The notes below the pieces were generated by a model that saw only the letters and a program-made list of their open reading frames with translations, did not search any database and was not told the origin of the DNA. Shown here piece after piece: positions 8,208 to 16,864 of a stretch of 24,000 bases of DNA. Positions within the stretch are counted from its first letter, which is position 1. Every line of letters begins with the position of its first letter. The stretch is from Candidatus Lokiarchaeum ossiferum (lineage in GTDB: Archaea > Asgardarchaeota > Lokiarchaeia > Sigyniarchaeales > Promethearchaeaceae), in the NCBI GenBank assembly GCA_025839675.1, contig CP104013.1, positions 4,529,675-4,553,674 of the forward strand. Direction: 5' to 3'. The position numbers and the translations under genes are program-made.

Positions 8208-9569
8208 CTAAGTAATCTTACTTGAATTGGTTGTTTCTCGCTTTTCCCATTCTAGAAATTGTTGATCCAGCGTGTGAATATAGGCTTTGAGTTCTTCCGG
8301 TTGTTGACCATACTGTTTGATTTTTAAAGATTTTAAATTGCTCTCATATTTCTCTACTTCGAGAGGTTCGATTTTCGTACTATCGAATAATTGATTGTAC
8401 TGCTGAACGATGCTCGCTTGCAATTCCTGCATATTTTTTGTTAAAGCAGTGCTGACTTGGTAAATTTCCGTGATTTCTTCAGATTTCTCCATATATTTCA
8501 TGATTTTTTTGAGATAATTTTGAATTTCGGGAATCATTAGCTGCAACGCTTCTTTCGCTTTTTGAAGATTGTTTTTTTCTACATTTTCTATAACTTTGTT
8601 ATAATTTTGTTCAAATTTTGTGTATTCGATAACAAATCGATTGTAATCTATTTTTATATCCAGATCATCGAGAATTTCATTTAATTCCTTAATATCTTCC
8701 TTGGATTTATATTTTCTAACTGTTTTCTTGTAGGCATTGGTCAAGTCTTGCATTGACACTAAGATTTTATGGATTCCTTGGTAATATTTGGCATGTTTTT
8801 CTTTTTCCAACCTTTCAAATAGATCTTGATATCGACGTGAGTAATCAACATCAATAATTTTTCTCATCATCTGTTTGTTAATTTCATTTCTGCGAATTAA
8901 TTTCAAAGTCAAATCGTCTAAATCTAAGTTTTGGGCAATAGAAATTCCGTGATTGTGATATTGCATTTCAATTGCGAGTAATTCTCGTGCTTTTCCTATA
9001 TCATCATGATCCAACGCTTCTTTTGTTTCATGGCGTTTTTCCGTGATTTTAACGAGTAATTGTTCCAAAGGAATATCTGTGGCAATTTCTGTAGTGGGTT
9101 TATAGCCTATAATTGAAAATTCATTCATTTTTGGGTTTATCTTATAATATAATATTACAAATAATATCAAGAAATACAAAAATTCACTGTAAAGGAGCAC
9201 TTTATGTGACATCGTAGAACGAAGTGCTATAAATGGAAGATAGATCATCATTAGTAAGTTGATGGCTCCTCCCACAATCATTGCTGGAATAGTATGGAAT
9301 TTTCCCTTTCTTTTTTTATGTTCATCAATTTTGGCATTGGAATAGATCGCAATAAACGCGCCAATATAATAAGCTCCAAAAAAAGTCCAGATGAAAATGG
9401 TAAAAATAGAAGTTAGTGTTCTATCGATGGAAAATAAAATTCTGTTATATCTATTAAAGAATAGATTTAATGTCAGCGCCTCTATCCCAAAAATGACGTG
9501 AAAGAAGAAATATATCGCATCGGTTTTAAAGAAAAATGTGTTTCGGAAAAATTGACTCATTGATTTCAC
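8208..9569 (-). CDS. Membrane protein with long cytoplasmic alpha-helical/coiled-coil domain
   Basis: About 4 hydrophobic segments in the first ~165 aa, then ~290 aa rich in E/K/Q/L. Only long ORF here. Confidence 0.75.
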   Translation of the reverse strand: MKSMSQFFRNTFFFKTDAIYFFFHVIFGIEALTLNLFFNRYNRILFSIDRTLTSIFTIFIWTFFGAYYIGAFIAIYSNAKIDEHKKRKGKFHTIPAMIVGGAINLLMMIYLPFIALRSTMSHKVLLYSEFLYFLILFVILYYKINPKMNEFSIIGYKPTTEIATDIPLEQLLVKITEKRHETKEALDHDDIGKARELLAIEMQYHNHGISIAQNLDLDDLTLKLIRRNEINKQMMRKIIDVDYSRRYQDLFERLEKEKHAKYYQGIHKILVSMQDLTNAYKKTVRKYKSKEDIKELNEILDDLDIKIDYNRFVIEYTKFEQNYNKVIENVEKNNLQKAKEALQLMIPEIQNYLKKIMKYMEKSEEITEIYQVSTALTKNMQELQASIVQQYNQLFDSTKIEPLEVEKYESNLKSLKIKQYGQQPEELKAYIHTLDQQFLEWEKRETTNSSKIT

Positions 9570-9802
9570 CTTATTAGTATAAGGATAAATTCCTTTTTTT
9601 TAAATATATGTCTTTCTCTTATTTAATGGTGTTATTTTAGAGGTAATCAACATTAGATTAAAAAAATGAAAACAAATTGATATCACTTTTTACTGATTTT
9701 ATCAATGAAGTAGTTCAAGAAAACAACTTTATTGCCTATCCAATTCGGAGGTGTAGGAACACTTATATGTTTCATTCATCACATTTGTACTGGTGATAGG
9801 TT

Positions 9803-11431
9803 ATGAAATGTGAACAAAAAACAATTGGATTATTTCTTGGATTAATGTTATTATGGGGGGGAATCACAATTTACCCTCAAAATAATTCATCTACCGATTC
9901 TCTTCCTGTCTTTGAAAATCTTAACAGCATTCCAAAAGCTTCGAACATGAGCAAGTCTATTAAAACTTTGGATTTCTTTACAAACGATATACAAGCCTTG
10001 GCTATTTATGGAAATCGCATCTGGGGGGTTGACCGGGTTTTAAAGCAAATTATAGAAGTCTCAGCTGTAAATGGAGATCTTCTAGAAACTTTTCCTGATT
10101 TTGGTTTTGACTGTGACAGTTTAGCCGCCAGTGCTGATTATCTATATACGACTGCTGCTGTGGCGGGAAATGGGACAATTTTTATAATAAATCCAACGAC
10201 TCAAGCAATTGTCGATACTTTGGTCATTTATTCAGATCAATCCCAAACATTTGGGCTGGAATATTCCGCTGGTACAATTTGGATGGATCAAATGAACGTT
10301 ATGACGTTTTCTTGTAACTTGCTACAAATCAATGCAATTTCAGGAGCAGTGATAAAAAATTTTTCTCTACCTTTTAGAATGGCTGCAGGTCCCGAAATTA
10401 ATGGAATAGTATATTGCATCAGCTATAATGATAACAATATCTATGGGATTGATGCCTCAAATGGTCAGATATTATGCAAATTTAAATCTCCTATAATTTC
10501 TACTGGCGATTGGGGATCTACTCAACAAGGAAATTTATTGGTAGTTAGCGATTATAACGAGAATTGTCTCCATTGGATTAAAACAGAATTTAATACAGGG
10601 GAATATGTTTTCGGTTTTGATTATTCTGCCTACACCTTCCCTTTCCGAATGACAAATAATGGGACTCACCTCTTTTTCCGACCTTTCTACACAACAGCAA
10701 TTACTGTTGCAGAAATTGGGACTGGGGAAGAAGTTGCTGAGCTTTCAACTAGCTTTATACCAATTGGTCTCTCCTATCATGAAGGAACAATATGGGCTGC
10801 AGAATTTGGGGGTTCTTATGAAATTTGCCAATTAGATATGAGCGGAACAACGATTCATAGTTTTTCTCTGGGTTTAGATGGCTCATCTCAAATTTACGCG
10901 CTCGAATGGGTCGATTCCTATATTTGGGCTTATTTAGTAAATGGCACTATGATTCAAATCAATCCTACTACTGAATCTATTGTTAATCACTTTGAGATTG
11001 AGTATTCTATTACTGGTTTGGCGTGGTCAAGTGAACACGATGCGCTTTATGGTACCACATCCGATTCAAATCTTATATTTGAGATTGATCTTTCATCTGG
11101 AACAATTCTTGCTGAATCAATTCTTATGTGTGAAGGAACCAACTTTTATGGACTCACAACATGGCGGGACAAGTTTATCGTCAATGAAATGAACTCAGGA
11201 CCTAAACAATTAAAGTATTTCCAGAATAATATTCCAATTCCTCCAGTAGATGATACAGTGGATGACACCACAAGTAGCACTACAACAACCAATTCTTCTG
11301 GAAGTACGACAGATGGAGTCCCCTTAATTTTTGGTCTTAATGCAAATTATGTTGCCCTCGGTGGTGTTGGAGCAGGATTGCTATTAGGGATTCTATTCGG
11401 AGGCTTGATATTTGGGCGAAAGAAAAAATAA
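9803..11431 (+). CDS. Secreted, C-terminally anchored beta-propeller-like surface protein
   Basis: N-terminal signal (IGLFLGLMLLWGGITIYPQNN). Repeated blade-like motifs (SAVNGDLLETFPDF, NPTTQAIVDTLVIY, NAISGAVIKNFSL, DLSSGTILAESILM). TTTTTNSSGSTT spacer, TM segment GVGAGLLLGILFGGLIF, GRKKK tail. Confidence 0.8.
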   Translation: MKCEQKTIGLFLGLMLLWGGITIYPQNNSSTDSLPVFENLNSIPKASNMSKSIKTLDFFTNDIQALAIYGNRIWGVDRVLKQIIEVSAVNGDLLETFPDFGFDCDSLAASADYLYTTAAVAGNGTIFIINPTTQAIVDTLVIYSDQSQTFGLEYSAGTIWMDQMNVMTFSCNLLQINAISGAVIKNFSLPFRMAAGPEINGIVYCISYNDNNIYGIDASNGQILCKFKSPIISTGDWGSTQQGNLLVVSDYNENCLHWIKTEFNTGEYVFGFDYSAYTFPFRMTNNGTHLFFRPFYTTAITVAEIGTGEEVAELSTSFIPIGLSYHEGTIWAAEFGGSYEICQLDMSGTTIHSFSLGLDGSSQIYALEWVDSYIWAYLVNGTMIQINPTTESIVNHFEIEYSITGLAWSSEHDALYGTTSDSNLIFEIDLSSGTILAESILMCEGTNFYGLTTWRDKFIVNEMNSGPKQLKYFQNNIPIPPVDDTVDDTTSSTTTTNSSGSTTDGVPLIFGLNANYVALGGVGAGLLLGILFGGLIFGRKKK

Positions 11432-11659
11432 CACATTGAAATATAAATTTCTTGCCTTTTTTTTACCTCCAAATCCAAATAAATAATTTTTTGTTATTAT
11501 TACTTACTTGTGTAGAAACATTGTTAACCAGATGCTCTACTTTCTTTGGTTCAGGTTGAATTAGGTAGTTATCATCAAAATTGAAGTCCATTTTCGCCCA
11601 TTCGTCATTTTTATGATAATTAACTAAATAAGTGAAAAAAAAGGAAGGCCGGTATAATT

Positions 11660-11962
11660 TCATTCATAGTCTAAAGAAGTCTTGTCTTCATTTTTCTCTG
11701 TTTTTACTTTTTCTTCCTGCATTTCTTCTTCCTTCACATCTGAAGTATTGTTTATCCCATTCCATCCAATCAGTACGAATAAAATGGCTAATATAAGGAA
11801 AATAGGTCCCATTTCTGTGTTATATCCTGCTCCTATCGCCGTAAGTCCCAGTAAAGCTATGATAGCGGATTGTGAATTTTTGGAAAATCCTTCCATAGAT
11901 ATTTTAAGTCTCACTGCAAATAAAAATTGATCTTTGAATGAGTTAAGTAAATTTCCCAGCAC
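11660..11962 (-). CDS. Small membrane protein with acidic/charged tail
   Basis: 100 aa; hydrophobic segments SAIIALLGLTAIGAGY and GPIFLILAILFVLIGW, then a charged C-terminus. Confidence 0.5.
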   Translation of the reverse strand: MLGNLLNSFKDQFLFAVRLKISMEGFSKNSQSAIIALLGLTAIGAGYNTEMGPIFLILAILFVLIGWNGINNTSDVKEEEMQEEKVKTEKNEDKTSLDYE

Positions 11963-12148
11963 TATTTTGAAATCTGAAAAAAAAGGGAAACAATTGCAGT
12001 AGTGTTGATCACAAAATTTTTATTTTCCTTTTTATAAAGGAGATAATTTTTAAGCACTCCAATTACCTCGCTGTAGCAGATTTTTTTTCTGATTGATGCA
12101 ACTCACCAAAAAATCATCCAATTTTAGGAAAGAAGAAAAATTAGGTAG

Positions 12149-12284
12149 TACCGGTGGTGTGGATTGAACACACGAACCTCTGGATGTCTCATCTGGACCG
12201 CATTGAATGCGTCCGACCCTTTTTTAGTCCATTTCGCAATGGAGATTATGAGTCCAGCGCTCTAACCAACTGAGCTACACCGGC
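12149..12284 (-). tRNA. tRNA-Met (CAU), most likely elongator, with 61-nt intron at 37/38 (intron 12186..12246)
   Basis: Acceptor GCCGGTG/CACCGGT (terminal G-U), D arm GCTC-AGTTGGTTA-GAGC, anticodon arm CTGGA-CTCATAA-TCCAG after splicing, T arm GTGTG-TTCAATC-CACAC. BHB: CTGGA-CTCA-[TA^A]-TCT...AGA-TGAG-[AC^A]-TCCAG, i.e. two 3-nt bulges with a 4-bp central helix. No encoded CCA. Confidence 0.92.
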
Positions 12285-12342
12285 ATGGGTTTTGGATATT
12301 TTAGGCACTCTCGTGCAAGATACGAAATAAAGATAGAAAGTG

Positions 12343-12420
12343 TGGAGCCTTCGGAGGGACTTGAACCCTCGACATCTGCCTTACCAAGGCAGCGTAATGG
12401 CCGGGCTAGACTACAAAGGC
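12343..12420 (-). tRNA. tRNA-Thr (GGU), with 3' CCA encoded (12346..12420 without CCA)
   Basis: Acceptor GCCTTTG/CGAAGGC, anticodon arm CTGCC-TTGGTAA-GGCAG, T arm GAGGG-TTCAAGT-CCCTC, discriminator U, then CCA. D stem is weak (see findings). Confidence 0.9.
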
Positions 12421-12559
12421 ATACCACTGATTTTGGAAATGATGGCAAGTATTTGAACTTTACCAGTGCACTTTCAAAACTATGATCATGAATATTCCAT
12501 TTCATAAAAATTTTTTTGCACAGTGTCGGGAACAGAAGATTGTACCAGTTCTATTTGTG

Positions 12560-12665
12560 GCATGAGGGGTGTGGAGAGAAGCAAAACTTTTTCGAAAGGA
12601 ATAACTCTCGCCAAAATTTAGTGCATACATTTTTGAGGGGGGACTTTGGGAAAAAACCCGAATTT
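12560..12665. repeat. Dispersed intergenic repeat, copy 1
   Basis: GCATGAGGG...AGAAGCAAAA...CAAAATTT...ACATTTTTGAGGGGGGACTTTGGGAAAAAAC[C]CGAATT. Shared with 16679..16783 at near-identical spacing (68 vs 67 bp between anchors). Confidence 0.85.
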
Positions 12666-12948
12666 ACAATTTGGGAATCATTTCTTCTCAATCAAAGTTA
12701 TTAGAATCAAAACTAATGTTTTGAGTTTTATTGATTTCTCATGCCAAATGCTAATGCAATTTCGTTGGTCATTTAGGCTTTATAGACTGTAAAAAAAAAT
12801 ATTGAAAATATATGAAAAAGAACGATAGTATAGAGGTATTATTCCATGATTCCTAATCTTCTCCGTTTAAAAAAAGAAAATGTAATCAAAAGTGAGAAAA
12901 AAGGAACACCTTTTTTAGATTGTGGTAAAAAGGATCATCACCTAAGGG

Positions 12949-15900
12949 TCATTTACCCAAAAAATTCATTTTTCGTCTTTTGCTTAGAACAATAATTCCT
13001 AATGTTATCGTTGATAAAAGAACCTCATCAATGAACGAGTATCCTGGTATCTTAGATGGTACTGGTACAGTAGGTGTTTCTGAAATTGTTGAATTTTCAG
13101 AATATTCGACCATTATTACATTTGATTCGAGAGATTCACCATTTGAATTAATGGCTGTAATTACATAATAGTATTTACCATATGAGTCAAGGGTATCTGT
13201 AAAATTTATATTTTCTGTCTTCTGGAGAAAAATTGAACTGTTTATTGAAGAAATATATGAATTATGGCGATAAATGTTATAAAAATCTGCACCTTCAACA
13301 GTTGACCACTCTAAATAGACGACTCCACGAATATTGTTGAAATCCAATGTTGGTTCTGAAATAACGGGAGGAATGAGTGGGGTAAAATTAATATAGATCA
13401 TGTTTGAAGGGGTAGATTCACCAAGACTGTTGACTGTGGTGATCACATAATAATACTGTCCAAATTCTTTAAGAGAGTCTGTGTATGCAGAAATTACTGA
13501 TGTTGATAGGAAAATTGAACTATTTAAAGTAGTGATCGGAAATATATGGCGATATACGTTATAATAATCAACACCCTCTATATCTGTCCAATTCAAGATA
13601 ATTTCATTATTATAGTTCAATGGATCCAAATTGGATAATACTGGAGGATCTAGTGTGAAATATTGTATTGAGACATTTTTTGACACAGGCGATTCTCCTG
13701 CAGAATTGTGTGCAGTAACTGCATAAAAATATTCACCGTTCGATGGAAGTTGATCTTCAGTCATATTAGTCAAGACAGTTTTTAGAAAAATAGAGCTATT
13801 TATGGAAGTAATCGGACCGGTATGACGATAAAGATTATAAGATTCTGCTCCATTTACTTGAGTCCAATTTAATAAAATAACTGAACTTGTTGATGGGTTA
13901 GGAAATATTTTTGACAAAATCGGTGCATTTGGAGAAAGGAAAGTGACTATTTTCGATTCAGATAAAATTGATTCACCTGCGCCATTAACGGCAGTCACGG
14001 CATAGTAAAACGTTCCACCAGATGGAAGAATATCTGTGGTTTCATTCGTATACATATTTTTGATGAAAATTGAACTATTTATGGAAATAATCGGGCCAAT
14101 ATGGCGATAGAGATTATAAGATTCTACACCATCTACTTGAGTCCAATTCAAAATAATTTCATGGCAAGTTGTTTGATCGGGGATAATATTTGATAATATA
14201 GGTGCATCGGGTACAACATATTCAATGCTAACTGGATTTGATGGATTTGATTCACCCGATCCATTAATGGTAGTGCATACATAGTAATAAATTCCCCCTC
14301 CATCGTTTAAAGTATCTGAAGTATAATTCGAGACAACATTTTTCAGAAGGATTGAACTATTAATTTCTGTTATAGGAGATCTATGGCGGTAGAGATTATA
14401 TGACTGAGCATCATCAACATCAGTCCAATTTAGAATAATAGAATTAAATTTTGTTGAAGGAAACCCAAAGTTTGATAAAAAAGGAGCATTTGGTTTGTAA
14501 TATATACCTTCTCCAAATTTCTGTATTCGATGATTATTTGAATCCACCACAAAGGTTTGATTGAGAGAATTAAATGCAATACCGAGAGGTTTACTTAATT
14601 GTCCATCATTATAACCAGAAGTCCCAAATTGATCGATATAATTACCTTGAGGGTCAAAAATTTGGATCCGATCATTCTCGGTGTCAGATACATATACATA
14701 ATTCGTTTGATTTATTGCAATTCCCTGAGGAGAAGAAAATTGACCATCATCTGATCCATAAGATCCAAATTGGTTAACCTGAGATCCCAAAGGATTAAAA
14801 ACTCTTATAACATGATTTCCACCATCTAATTGATCGGTAATATAAGTAAATCCACTACTGTTGATAGCAATTGCACTAGCATAATCAAAAGTTCCAAATG
14901 AACGATGGAAATTTCCTGATGGATCATACACTTGAATTTTTTGACGGTTCTGATCAACAACATAAATATAGTTTGATGAATTTATTGCTATTCCTCTAGG
15001 AAAAAGGAGTTCCTCACTTCCTGTATCCTCTTCTCCTATCATGTATTGATAATTGCCTTCTGGATCATACACCTTTATATCAGAATCATCTAAAACAAAA
15101 ACCCAATTGGTTTCGTTTATAACCACACCCCAAGGTTTGTATAAATTATAGGAATCCACTCCTGGAGAGCCAATTGATCGAACATATTCCCCAGAAGGAT
15201 TAAATACTTGGACCCTCCCATTTTCTGAATCTGATACGTATGCATAGCCTGATCCATTAATAGCTATTCCTGAAGGAATATTTAATTGCCCGATTTCAGA
15301 GAATGCTGTTATACCAAATGAAGAAAAATATTCACCCGTTTGGGAATAATTCAGAATCCGATCTCTGTCTAATTCTGCAATTAATAAATTTCCGGAAAGA
15401 TCAATGGTTATCCCTTTTGGATTAAAAATTAGCCCATCATACCCAGATTGCCCTATTAGTCTGATAAAATTTCCGTCTTGATCAAAAACTTTAACATGAT
15501 TATTGCCAGAATCGGTGATAAATAAATACCCGGTGCTATTAATTACAATATTTTCTGGATAATCAAAATCTGGATCATCCATTCCTGATGTACCAAAGGA
15601 ATTTATAAACAGACCATTAGGATCGAACACTTGGATCCGATAGTTATATTTATCTGCTACATATAAATAGCCAGAACTATTAATCGCAAGACCAGCTGGG
15701 GAATAAAATTGGCCATCACCAGATCCATATGAACCAATAGTTTTAATGATTTCACCACTAGGTGAACAAATAAATATCTGATTCTGCTGAGTATCTGCAA
15801 CATATAAATGTTCTGAACTATTTAATGCAATCCCTCGGGGTTTTTGGAAGATATATTCTCCGATAATCTTAATGAAGTTCCCAAATTGGTCAAAAACTTG

Positions 15901-16386
15901 AACTCTGCCATTTTGTCTGTCTGAAACAAATATATTCCCGGTACTATTGATTAAAATATCATAAGGAAGGTTAAATTCCCCATCTCCAAACCCAGAACTT
16001 CCAAAGGATCTAACAAAATTAAATTCTGGATCAAATATTTGTACTCTGCCGCCCCAATCAACAATATGGATAAATCCTGAACTGTTTATTGCAACTCCAC
16101 AAGGTTGGTTAAAGGTTCCTGGATTTAACACATGAGTTCCAAATTGATCCAAATATTCTTCATTAAATGCTTTTTGAGGTACATCCATTCTTCTTTCTAC
16201 TTCATTCGTTTCAGTAATAACTTTTGATTCTGGGCTAAAATTAGAATTTCCAATATTAAAACTTACCAAAAATATTAAAACTAGCATGGATAAGCGATAT
16301 TCTTCTTTTTTTTTTCTCATTTTCATCCTTTTTTTAAGAAATTTATCTGAATTATTCTTCGTGAAAATCATATATAAATTATACAA
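12949..16386 (-). CDS. Large surface protein: 12 NHL-type repeats + 5 fibronectin type III-like modules + C-terminal IPGY sorting-like tail
   Basis: NHL signature (GIAINSSGxxYVxDxxNxRIQVFDPxGxxxxxFG) counted 12 times. Fn3-like unit (PxxPxLS...IILNWTxVxGxxSYNLYRHxxPIxxINSSIFL...YYYVxTxxNxxGES) 5 times. Tail IPGYSFIDEVLLSTITLGIIVLSKRRK. The more likely start is M21 (16326) or M23, giving signal MKMRKKKEEYRLSMLVLIFLVSF. Confidence 0.9.
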   Translation of the reverse strand: MYNLYMIFTKNNSDKFLKKRMKMRKKKEEYRLSMLVLIFLVSFNIGNSNFSPESKVITETNEVERRMDVPQKAFNEEYLDQFGTHVLNPGTFNQPCGVAINSSGFIHIVDWGGRVQIFDPEFNFVRSFGSSGFGDGEFNLPYDILINSTGNIFVSDRQNGRVQVFDQFGNFIKIIGEYIFQKPRGIALNSSEHLYVADTQQNQIFICSPSGEIIKTIGSYGSGDGQFYSPAGLAINSSGYLYVADKYNYRIQVFDPNGLFINSFGTSGMDDPDFDYPENIVINSTGYLFITDSGNNHVKVFDQDGNFIRLIGQSGYDGLIFNPKGITIDLSGNLLIAELDRDRILNYSQTGEYFSSFGITAFSEIGQLNIPSGIAINGSGYAYVSDSENGRVQVFNPSGEYVRSIGSPGVDSYNLYKPWGVVINETNWVFVLDDSDIKVYDPEGNYQYMIGEEDTGSEELLFPRGIAINSSNYIYVVDQNRQKIQVYDPSGNFHRSFGTFDYASAIAINSSGFTYITDQLDGGNHVIRVFNPLGSQVNQFGSYGSDDGQFSSPQGIAINQTNYVYVSDTENDRIQIFDPQGNYIDQFGTSGYNDGQLSKPLGIAFNSLNQTFVVDSNNHRIQKFGEGIYYKPNAPFLSNFGFPSTKFNSIILNWTDVDDAQSYNLYRHRSPITEINSSILLKNVVSNYTSDTLNDGGGIYYYVCTTINGSGESNPSNPVSIEYVVPDAPILSNIIPDQTTCHEIILNWTQVDGVESYNLYRHIGPIISINSSIFIKNMYTNETTDILPSGGTFYYAVTAVNGAGESILSESKIVTFLSPNAPILSKIFPNPSTSSVILLNWTQVNGAESYNLYRHTGPITSINSSIFLKTVLTNMTEDQLPSNGEYFYAVTAHNSAGESPVSKNVSIQYFTLDPPVLSNLDPLNYNNEIILNWTDIEGVDYYNVYRHIFPITTLNSSIFLSTSVISAYTDSLKEFGQYYYVITTVNSLGESTPSNMIYINFTPLIPPVISEPTLDFNNIRGVVYLEWSTVEGADFYNIYRHNSYISSINSSIFLQKTENINFTDTLDSYGKYYYVITAINSNGESLESNVIMVEYSENSTISETPTVPVPSKIPGYSFIDEVLLSTITLGIIVLSKRRKMNFLGK

Positions 16387-16678
16387 TATTGGCTAAGATC
16401 GGATAGTAGTGAAAAATAAACCCTAAAAAAAAGATAATTCCTTCTTCTAATTGTGATTTAAATGAATAAAATAATTACCTGCATTGGAATCCCAAGCTGA
16501 ATATTTTGGCCAAAGTCTTGAAATATGGGTGATTTTCAAAGGAGTTTTTAAAAATATCGATAATCCTCAAGAAAATAACATCCAAAATATAATTGATACA
16601 CGCCTGTCCCCCAAAAAAAAACACCGACTTCCTTTCAAAATAACCTTACTCGGGATTTTCACAATTATCAGATTTGCT

Positions 16679-16783
16679 GCATGAGGGAGTTAAAAAGAAG
16701 CAAAATGTTTCAAATCTAACAAACCTAAGTCAAAATTTTGGGTACACATTTTTGAGGGGGGACTTTGGGAAAAAACTCGAATT
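16679..16783. repeat. Dispersed intergenic repeat, copy 2
   Basis: Homologous to 12560..12665. The 3' core ACATTTTTGAGGGGGGACTTTGGGAAAAAACTCGAATT differs from copy 1 by one base. Confidence 0.85.
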
Positions 16784-16864
16784 CTTCTCATAAAATTTGC
16801 AATACAAGAATATAATATAGGGTCACAAACTTAGGAACATACTATAGCGCATCTATTTTAGTTT

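Noticed and set aside
11463-11663. 66-aa minus-strand ORF with ATGA overlap to the 100-aa ORF
   Set aside because: Short, low complexity (poly-N/K) and no domain signal; the ATGA overlap alone is weak evidence.
12275-12505. ORFs 12275..12505 (-) and 12285..12485 (+)
   Set aside because: Both span the tRNA-Thr gene and its flanks; spurious.
12516-12704. 62-aa ORF on the plus strand
   Set aside because: Covers the dispersed repeat copy 1; no equivalent frame in copy 2, so coding is unlikely.
12848-12997. ~49-aa plus-strand ORF MIPNLLRLKKENVIKSEKKGTPFLDCGKK...
   Set aside because: Partly antisense to the end of the NHL/Fn3 gene and K-rich in an A-rich region; likely chance.
16484-16684. 66-aa plus-strand ORF ending at repeat copy 2, considered as a transposase remnant
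   Set aside because: No recognisable transposase motif; cannot be supported without a search. Would be revisited if genome-wide repeat copies carry a longer related ORF.
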